This document shows positions 24,173-30,829 of a DNA stretch of 34,766 bases, piece after piece. Location of the stretch: assembly GCA_964372615.1 (NCBI GenBank), contig CAYJTX010000003.1:1-34766 (forward strand), given 5' to 3'. This DNA is from an uncultured Bacteriovoracaceae bacterium (GTDB lineage: Bacteria > Bdellovibrionota > UBA1018). The notes under the pieces were generated by a model. That model searched no databases. It was not told the DNA's origin and saw nothing but the letters and a program-made list of their open reading frames with translations. The position numbers were made by a program, and so were the translations under genes. Within the stretch, counting starts at the first letter, position 1; every line of letters begins with the position of its first letter.

Positions 24173-26394
24173 TGCTGCTCCTCCTGATAGCGCTCCTGAC
24201 GCCTCTGGCGAACGCCGCCACTCACGCGACCGCCGTGCAGCACGCGCAGCGGACCGCCGAACAGCAGATCCGCAATCTCGTGGAGCCGGTGCTCGAGAAG
24301 TACTGCCATGACGAGTGCCGCCTCATGGGTATCACCGCCACCATCGACGTGGCGACGCCCGAGGAGGTTGCCCCGGGCTTCGACGACATCGACCCGAGCG
24401 GGGCTTCCAGGCTCGCGCCGTCGTCGGCTCGAATCCGCCTCCTCATCGACGAGAAGGTCGGTCCCGTCTCCCGCGGAAAAATCCTGGATCTGGTCCAGCA
24501 GTACCTCGAGACACTCGAGTACGGGGTGAAGATCGACCTCCAGGCGACGCGCTTTCCGCAGCCCGTCGGTTCCGCCGGGAAGATCGCGGAGATGCGCGAG
24601 AGGATCAGCAAACAGTTCCGGAGCACGCTCGAGGATCTCTTTCGTCAGTTCTGCCCGGAGCAGTGCCTCCTCGCCGACTACGAGCTCCAGACCGAGCTCG
24701 TCAACGCGGAGGAGGCCCAGTACGGCCATTCCGGGGAATTCATCGAAGATGGCGGCGTCGCCATCCGGATTCGTAACATCGCGGGAACGATCCTGGTCGA
24801 TGATTCCCTGCCCTTCGACGAGCGCACGAACGTCCTCGAGATGGCGAAGTTCAAGACGAACGCGTTCAGAAACGTGAGTCTCGCGAGCAAGTCGCTGAAG
24901 TTCCCGAAGCCGACAGCGGGCCTTCGTCGACTCGCCTCGCTCGGTGCCGACTCGAGGACCTCCAGCCAGAGCTCGGACAACATCGCGAAGCAGGAGAGCT
25001 TCCACCGGATCGAAAAGATCGAGCGCGTGGAAAGCGGCGACGCTGTGCAGGCCGAGCTCCAGAAGTTCAAGGTCTACGGCCTCATCTTCGCGTGCTCCGT
25101 CATCTCCCTCCTGATCTTTCTTGCGATGTCGGGCCTTTCGGGCCGGTCCGGCGGCGGCTCATCGGTCCAACGAATGCTCCAGCAGATGGTCTCCGACCCG
25201 GTTTCGACGACCGCGCCCCTCAGCCACGTGCCCGGAGGGGGGATAGGCGGCGGAACGAGCTCCGACGAGCGCGCGGCGCTCGTGATCAAGCGCTATGAGA
25301 TCGAGCGGCTGAAAGAGGATCTCCAGGCCGTCTTCGCCCAGCAGCCGAAGGTAGCCAAGCACGTCTTTACCCGGGTGCTCACGGAGGAAGGCGTCGAGAT
25401 CACGTCCCAGTACATCCACATCCTCGGCGAAAGCGTCGTGATCGACATGATCCGCGACCCCAGCCTCCAGGCCGACGTTCAGGAACTCATGGAGTTCTAC
25501 GCAAAGAACCCGACTGACCTGACCGACGACGACCAGCTCGAGCTGCTCCGCAAGCTCCACAACCGCACGATCGCCGGGAAGATGGCGGTGATGGGGAGCC
25601 GCTCCTCCGGGCAATTCGACTTCCTGGCGGAGATGGACGGCCAGCAGATTCTCGAGCTGATCCGAAACGAGTCCCTGACCGTGAAGTCCATCGTGCTGAC
25701 CCAGACGGACTCCCAGAAACGGTCCGCGATCTACACCCAGCTCGATGACGATTCGCGCGCGAAGCTCCTGGGTGAGCTCTCCCGGATCGATTACCTGCCG
25801 AGAGACTACATCTTCAACGTGGCGAGCTCGCTTAAGCGGAAGCGCCTCGAGAACCCGAAGCTCAACACCGAGGCGCTGCCGGGCTCGGACGTCCTGCTGA
25901 CCCTCCTGGAACGGACGGGCTGCGAGATGCAGCAGCAGGTGATTCGGAATCTGGATGCCACGAACCCCGAGGCGGGCCGCCACGTGAAGGCCAAGCTCGT
26001 GAGTGTCGACACGCTTCGCTACCTGCGCGACGGCCAGCTGCTCGAGGTTGTCCTCAGCCTGCGTCACGACGAGCTGCTTCAGTTCCTGAAGGGCGCCCCC
26101 GAGGGTATCCGGATGGCCGTGTTCTCCAAATCACCCAAAGATCTAGTGATCGAGCTCGAGGAGGAAATGGCGCAACTTCAAGTCCTCAGCCGGGAGACGT
26201 ACCAGAACATAGAGAGGAAGGTCCTGAATCGCATGAAGGTCATGGCGAACGAGGGTCTCATCAATCTCATTGAGACGAACGAACGCATGTTCGCCGACAC
26301 GACGAACGCCGCTCCCGCGTTCGTCGAAGGCGGCCCCCCCGACGCCAAAGCCAGGACCGGCAAGACGCCGCTCAGGAAGGTCGCAGGATGGTAG
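24172..26394 (+). CDS. Membrane-anchored chimera: signal/TM, two periplasmic FliF/YscJ-like repeats (each with C-x3-C), one TM helix, and a complete FliG-like cytoplasmic region
   Basis: - Signal-like 'MLLLLIALLTPLANA'.
- Repeat 1 (about aa 27-131) has 'YCHDECRL...ARIRLLIDEKVGPVSRGKILDLVQQYL...RFPQP'.
- Repeat 2 (about aa 137-247) has 'FCPEQCLL...IRIRNIAGTILVDD...KFPKP'.
- TM helix 'VYGLIFACSVISLLIFLAMSGL' (about aa 301-322).
- FliG_M-like 'ILELIRNESLTVKSIVLTQTDSQKRSAIYTQLDDDSRAKLLGELSRIDYLP'.
- FliG_C-like 'LRYLRDGQLLEVVLSLRHDELLQFLKGAPEGIRMAVFSKSPKDLVIELEEEMAQLQVLSRETYQNIERKVLNRMKVMANEGLI'.
- The antisense ORFs 24145..25005 and 25159..26067 are shadows. Confidence 0.8.
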   Translation: MLLLLIALLTPLANAATHATAVQHAQRTAEQQIRNLVEPVLEKYCHDECRLMGITATIDVATPEEVAPGFDDIDPSGASRLAPSSARIRLLIDEKVGPVSRGKILDLVQQYLETLEYGVKIDLQATRFPQPVGSAGKIAEMRERISKQFRSTLEDLFRQFCPEQCLLADYELQTELVNAEEAQYGHSGEFIEDGGVAIRIRNIAGTILVDDSLPFDERTNVLEMAKFKTNAFRNVSLASKSLKFPKPTAGLRRLASLGADSRTSSQSSDNIAKQESFHRIEKIERVESGDAVQAELQKFKVYGLIFACSVISLLIFLAMSGLSGRSGGGSSVQRMLQQMVSDPVSTTAPLSHVPGGGIGGGTSSDERAALVIKRYEIERLKEDLQAVFAQQPKVAKHVFTRVLTEEGVEITSQYIHILGESVVIDMIRDPSLQADVQELMEFYAKNPTDLTDDDQLELLRKLHNRTIAGKMAVMGSRSSGQFDFLAEMDGQQILELIRNESLTVKSIVLTQTDSQKRSAIYTQLDDDSRAKLLGELSRIDYLPRDYIFNVASSLKRKRLENPKLNTEALPGSDVLLTLLERTGCEMQQQVIRNLDATNPEAGRHVKAKLVSVDTLRYLRDGQLLEVVLSLRHDELLQFLKGAPEGIRMAVFSKSPKDLVIELEEEMAQLQVLSRETYQNIERKVLNRMKVMANEGLINLIETNERMFADTTNAAPAFVEGGPPDAKARTGKTPLRKVAGW

Positions 26395-26894
26395 ACTCAG
26401 ACTTCAGACCGAGCGTTCCGGCCCTCGCGGGAGTCAGGCTCCTGAAAGTCTTCTCGGAGCCCGAGCTTGTGCAGCTCTTGTCGCTCGGCAAACCGGTCAT
26501 CGTGGAACAGCACGCGAACGTCGTCATCGAGGGAGAACTGACCTGGGGCCTCTACCTGCTCATCGAGGGCACGGTCGGAATCTACAAGATGAACCGGATG
26601 AGCGGGAACACCTACGAGGTCGGCCACCTGCGATCCGGACAGTATTTCGGCGAGATGTCGCTCATCGATGAGCAGCCGCGCTCGGCCACCGTGCGTGCGC
26701 TGGTGGACTGCCAGCTCTTTTTCATCTCGAAGGACGCCTTCCATCAGTTCATCGGTCAGGCGAATGACCTCAAGGCGCGCTTCTACGAAAGCTGCATCCA
26801 GGATCTCGTGGGCCGCCTGCGCGAGCTGGACGAAAATTACGTGGTCAGCCAGTACCAGCTCTGGCGGAGCGCCGTGAAGAAGGAGGCGGCCTGA
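26388..26894 (+). CDS. Stand-alone cyclic-nucleotide-binding (CAP effector-domain) protein
   Basis: 168 aa. 'VIVEQHANVVIEGELTWGLYLLIEGTVGIY' and the phosphate-binding cassette 'YFGEMSLIDEQPRSATVRALVDCQLFFISKDAF', which retains the Gly-Glu and Arg-Ser/Thr-Ala residues. Its start overlaps the previous gene by 7 nt, and motA starts 1 nt after its stop. Confidence 0.85.
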   Translation: MVDSDFRPSVPALAGVRLLKVFSEPELVQLLSLGKPVIVEQHANVVIEGELTWGLYLLIEGTVGIYKMNRMSGNTYEVGHLRSGQYFGEMSLIDEQPRSATVRALVDCQLFFISKDAFHQFIGQANDLKARFYESCIQDLVGRLRELDENYVVSQYQLWRSAVKKEAA

Positions 26895-26895
26895 G

Positions 26896-27681
26896 ATGAA
26901 TTTCTCGTCGTTTTTCGGCGTGATCTTCGGGATCGGCGTCATGGTCGCGGCCTTGCGCGAGGCCCAGCCAGGGAACCTCTCCTACTTCCTCGACAGGCAC
27001 GCCATCCTGATCGTCATCGGCGGGACGGCGGCGGCCGCGAGCATCAGCTTCCCGCTCTCCAAGGTGATCTCGCTGACGAAGGTTTTCGTCATGCGGGTGC
27101 TCGGCCGGCACCGGGTGGATTACCACGAGGTCATTTCCCAGTTGCTCGAACTCAACAAGAAGGCCGGCATCGGCATCACCGCTCTGGCCGACATGCTCCC
27201 GCACATTCGCCACGATTTCCTCCGCGAGGCCATGGCTCTCGTCTCCTCTGGCGTGCTCAATGAAAAGGAGATCCGCGCGACGCTCGAGCAGCGGCTCAAG
27301 ACCGTCCAGGATCGCTACATGCACGAGGCCAATATGTTTCGCACGATCGGGCGGTACCCTCCCGCGTTCGGGCTTCTGGGGACGACCCTCGGCATGATCG
27401 CCGTGCTCCAGAAGATCGGTCAGCCCGAAAGCCAGAAGCTGATCGGTCCGGCGATGTCGATCGGCCTGATCGCCACGCTCTATGGCATCGGCTTCACGAA
27501 CCTCATCTTCCTGCCGATCGCCGAGAACCTCACCGAACGCACGATCGAGGAGGTCGCGCTGCGGCGCCTGATCGTCGAGGGCGCCGTGATGATCAAGGCG
27601 CAGGTGAATCCGATCGCCATGCGCGAGAGCCTGAACTCCTTCCTCCTGCCGAAGGATCGGGTCGTTCGAAAGGCTGCTTGA
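26896..27681 (+). CDS. motA: Flagellar stator protein MotA/PomA family
   Basis: 261 aa. Two N-terminal TM helices, a cytoplasmic loop, then 'YPPAFGLLGTTLGMIAVL...GPAMSIGLIATLYGIGFTNLIFLPIAENL', the conserved TM3/TM4 MotA_ExbB core with Pro residues. Confidence 0.9.
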   Translation: MNFSSFFGVIFGIGVMVAALREAQPGNLSYFLDRHAILIVIGGTAAAASISFPLSKVISLTKVFVMRVLGRHRVDYHEVISQLLELNKKAGIGITALADMLPHIRHDFLREAMALVSSGVLNEKEIRATLEQRLKTVQDRYMHEANMFRTIGRYPPAFGLLGTTLGMIAVLQKIGQPESQKLIGPAMSIGLIATLYGIGFTNLIFLPIAENLTERTIEEVALRRLIVEGAVMIKAQVNPIAMRESLNSFLLPKDRVVRKAA

Positions 27682-28475
27682 TGCCGCTCAAGCGACTCTT
27701 TCAGCTCGTCCAGACCACCGATGACACGAAAACCAAGCCGAAGGACGACAAGCCACCGGAGCCTCTGATTCACGACGAGTCGAACTGGCTGATCTCCTAC
27801 GCCGACATGATGACGCTCCTTTGCGGGTTCTTCATCATGATGTTCAGCATGTCCAAGCTCGACGAACCGGAGTTCGAGAAAGTGAAGGCGGCAGTCGCGC
27901 GCCACTTCGGCGGAGATTACAAATCACCCAATGCCGATCTCGCGAAGTTCGTCACGCAGGTCATCCAGGACGCGGGTCTCGGAAAGGACGTTCTGATCCG
28001 GACTGATTCTTTCGGAGTCTCGATGACCTTTCAGTCGATCGTCTTCTTCGACACCCTGAGCGCCGATCTCAGGATCGACGGCGTTCGACTCATCGAAAAA
28101 TTGGTCGCCGCCGTGCTGGAGCGCGAGGGAATCGAGCTGAAAAAATACAAGGTGGTCGTTGAAGGCCATACAGACAGTCGTCCTGTCGTATCCGGAGTGT
28201 ACTCATCCAACTGGGAGCTGAGCGGCGCGCGCGCCGCGCGAGTGGCCCGGATCTTCCTCCAGCAGGGGTTCGACGCGACTCATGTCATCCCGATCGGCTA
28301 CGGCGACACGCACCCGGAGGTGGCGGATCGTTCGCCCGCAGGCAGTCTTGACGCTGACGCCCTGTCTAAGAACCGCCGCGTCGTTATCCGCGTCCTCGAA
28401 CCAAAAGTCGTCGCCATTCCCATACCGGAGGTTCCCGCTCCGGAAGCTCCTCCTCCGGCAATTCCTGCCCATTGA
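27681..28475 (+). CDS. motB: Flagellar stator protein MotB (OmpA-like peptidoglycan-binding C-terminus)
   Basis: 'NWLISYADMMTLLCGFFIMMF' carries the invariant channel Asp. The C-terminal 'VVVEGHTDSRPV....SNWELSGARAARVARIF...GYGDTHP...NRRVVIRV' is the OmpA-like motif. The ATG at 27681 overlaps the motA TGA. An in-frame TTG at 27678 is the track start. Confidence 0.9.
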   Translation: MPLKRLFQLVQTTDDTKTKPKDDKPPEPLIHDESNWLISYADMMTLLCGFFIMMFSMSKLDEPEFEKVKAAVARHFGGDYKSPNADLAKFVTQVIQDAGLGKDVLIRTDSFGVSMTFQSIVFFDTLSADLRIDGVRLIEKLVAAVLEREGIELKKYKVVVEGHTDSRPVVSGVYSSNWELSGARAARVARIFLQQGFDATHVIPIGYGDTHPEVADRSPAGSLDADALSKNRRVVIRVLEPKVVAIPIPEVPAPEAPPPAIPAH

Positions 28476-28534
28476 CGACCCCAGAAGCCAACCTTGATCC
28501 TTAAGGGAAGGACCGAAGGGTCCGGAGGGTAACC

Positions 28535-29500
28535 ATGCGCTGGAACTGTCCCCATTGCGGTGTCGCACTCGCCGTCACGGACGAAAAGCTCGGCCACGGG
28601 TGGTCCTTCTCCCGATGTTACAAGTGCGGCGGGTTCGCGCTGATTCGACGCTCAGACATCAACCTGATCAAGGTGGATCGAGCGCCAACCGGTGAACGCG
28701 TTCTCCTGCCGGAGGCCACGGAATTCCCTATGATCGCGAAAGCCGCCGCGGACAGGCTTTTGAAGCCCGTCGTTCGCCCCGCGAACGGTCGGCGGGCCGA
28801 GCCTCAGGCGGCCGCGCCGCCTCCCATCGGAGCCAAAGGCACAGGAAATTTCGTCGCGACTCCAATGGCTACATCCGCAATGGCGGCTCTGGAGTCCGTC
28901 GAGCCGAAGGCGAGCGTATCAGTCGCGCAGGCCCACCCCCGCGCGACGGCCGCTCCCAGGCCATCCGCCAAGGTACCCTACGGTCTGCCGGAGGCCCTGC
29001 CCAACTCCCCGACCCGGAGCTGGAAAGAGCGCATGCTGCCGGTTGCGATCGCGGCGACCGGCATCCTGGCGATCGCCTCAGGGTTCTACCTCTATCTGCA
29101 AGGACGCCAGGTCTGGCGAGCCGCCAGCCAGGCCGCCGAAACAGCCTCGGCTCCCCAGGCCCCCGCCGATGAGACGATTCTCGCCCGCAGCCCAGCCGAA
29201 GAGGCGAAGCCGGTCGTGATCGATCGCATCAACCAGCAGGCGATGGCCCCCGTACCCGGCGATCCAAACGGCGAGGGTGAGGAAGGCGGGTCTCTCACGA
29301 TCCGGATTCGCGCCGCCAAGGCGTTTTTGCGGGGAGGTCCCGGAACCGAGTACCCCATCGTCGGAGTAGGCAACCCGGAGATCCTCTATACCGTTCGAGA
29401 CTTTAAAGACCGTTGGTTTAAAATCCTGGTCCCCTCAGGGAGCCAGCCCGTGGCCTGGATACGGAACGATCTGGTGGAAGTTCAGGCCTCGACGCCTTAG
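28535..29500 (+). CDS. Zinc-ribbon / single-TM / C-terminal SH3-like domain protein
   Basis: 'MRWNCPHCGVALAVTDEKLGHGWSFSRCYKCGGF' (CxxC...CxxC ribbon), TM helix 'MLPVAIAATGILAIASGFYLYL', Ala/Pro-rich linkers, and C-terminal 'LTIRIRAAKAFLRGGPGTEYPIVGVGNPEILYTVRDFKDRWFKILVPSGSQPVAWIRNDLV' (bacterial SH3 pattern). Confidence 0.7.
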   Translation: MRWNCPHCGVALAVTDEKLGHGWSFSRCYKCGGFALIRRSDINLIKVDRAPTGERVLLPEATEFPMIAKAAADRLLKPVVRPANGRRAEPQAAAPPPIGAKGTGNFVATPMATSAMAALESVEPKASVSVAQAHPRATAAPRPSAKVPYGLPEALPNSPTRSWKERMLPVAIAATGILAIASGFYLYLQGRQVWRAASQAAETASAPQAPADETILARSPAEEAKPVVIDRINQQAMAPVPGDPNGEGEEGGSLTIRIRAAKAFLRGGPGTEYPIVGVGNPEILYTVRDFKDRWFKILVPSGSQPVAWIRNDLVEVQASTP

Positions 29501-29576
29501 CGGGGCACATCTGGCTCGCCCTCGCTTCTCGCCGTATCACGCATTGAGAGACCATGACTCACCGCATGATCTTCAA

Positions 29577-29606
29577 TTGACACAAAGCGCCTTTCTCCAG
29601 TATCCG
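29577..29606 (+). promoter_or_regulatory. Weak sigma70-like promoter candidate
   Basis: TTGACA (29577-29582), an 18-nt spacer, and TATCCG (29601-29606), upstream of the GTG at 29624. The -10 element is poor. Confidence 0.25.
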
Positions 29607-29623
29607 CACCCTCGGCAAGGGGT

Positions 29624-30829
29624 GTGGGAGTGGGTAAAATCATTAATAGGTATAGATGGATAGGAGTAGCCTGGGCGACTGCTGTGCTTCTTTCCTCGGT
29701 CGCCCAGGCGGGTCCTTCGAGGGCACTGACTCGACTCATTCGCTTGCCTGAAATCCGACTGGCGATGGATTCCACCCAGGGAAGGGCCTTGTACCGGGCT
29801 CTCGGGCTCGCGCGAGGCGACAGCGAAGCGCTCCTGCGCGTCATCGCGCGCCCGGGGGCTGCGCCGCTGCGAACGAGCCTGGAGGAGACCTTCTCACGCA
29901 TCGAAGCCGACACCGCCGAGCTCCGCGCAACGCGCGAGACCGCCGGCAGACCCCTCACCCCGGGTGAGGAAGCGATCTTCATCAAACTCATGAGCCGCCG
30001 GCTGCTGGAGCTCGAGGACCCGTCCCGCTTCTCCTCTCTCTTCGGTCGCCAGGGAATCGTCTTCGTCGACGAAGCCGCGATCGCCGCCACTCGCGCACGA
30101 CCCGAGCGGATCTTTCGCACCTGGGAGCCCCCAGGCCGCGTGGGCCTGGGGCTTCCAACAGAGCGCGCGGCAGAGGCCGGATCGGCCGCCACCAGCCGGG
30201 AAATCGTCACGGAAAGCGCTCCCGGGGCAGGTCGCAGGTTTCTTACCCGCCTACGCAACTTCATGGACGAGATGCGCCTCTGCCAGCTCCGGCAGCCGCC
30301 GAGCGCGATCCGCAGCTCGCGAATCAATTACTTCCTCACCAGCCTCGCGGTGAACGAAGCGATCATCGCCGGCTCCTACGTGGTCAGCATGGGAGAAGAG
30401 AGCTTCAGCCTCGAGGAGCTCTCCACGGATCTGATCATCGGCGCCGTCTACACTGCGGCCGGGGTGGGCTTCCTCAAGCCCAACCAGCGCTTCCTCGTCC
30501 AATGGATCAAGGTGAGCTCAGCCATCCTCGCGCAGGACGGCATGGACTCCGTCATCTACTTCATCTCACCCATGCATCGAATCCGCACGGGGGGCGAGTC
30601 GCGCCACACCCTCCCCGAATCCGTCCATCGATTCGAGTACAACGCCGCCTATACGCTCCTTTCGAGCGGCTGGCGCGAGGTCGTCATGTACGAGCTGATC
30701 AACGGCATCCTGTGCCTCTACCCGGGCTCGCGCATGGCCAAGGTCGGCACGACTGCCCTTCGACTCACCGACTCCGCCATCGGAACGGTCATCTACTTCC
30801 GCCTGCGGCGGGATATTCTGGGACATTGA
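29624..30829 (+). CDS. Hypothetical secreted/membrane protein
   Basis: GTG start. Signal peptide 'WIGVAWATAVLLSSVAQA'. The C-terminal third has several hydrophobic segments. Its composition is protein-like, whereas the antisense 29497..30327 ORF is Ser/Arg-rich junk. No recognisable family. Confidence 0.6.
   Translation: MGVGKIINRYRWIGVAWATAVLLSSVAQAGPSRALTRLIRLPEIRLAMDSTQGRALYRALGLARGDSEALLRVIARPGAAPLRTSLEETFSRIEADTAELRATRETAGRPLTPGEEAIFIKLMSRRLLELEDPSRFSSLFGRQGIVFVDEAAIAATRARPERIFRTWEPPGRVGLGLPTERAAEAGSAATSREIVTESAPGAGRRFLTRLRNFMDEMRLCQLRQPPSAIRSSRINYFLTSLAVNEAIIAGSYVVSMGEESFSLEELSTDLIIGAVYTAAGVGFLKPNQRFLVQWIKVSSAILAQDGMDSVIYFISPMHRIRTGGESRHTLPESVHRFEYNAAYTLLSSGWREVVMYELINGILCLYPGSRMAKVGTTALRLTDSAIGTVIYFRLRRDILGH

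Noticed and set aside
24145-26067. Antisense ORFs 24145..25005 and 25159..26067 opposite the FliF/FliG-like gene
   Set aside because: They show no motifs and have shadow-type composition. The + strand frame has clear domain signatures and translational coupling to both neighbours.
29497-30327. 276-aa minus-strand ORF opposite the 29624..30829 hypothetical gene
   Set aside because: It is extremely Ser/Arg/Ala-rich and starts within the 3' flank of the SH3-protein gene, without an SD. The + strand ORF has a signal peptide and balanced composition.
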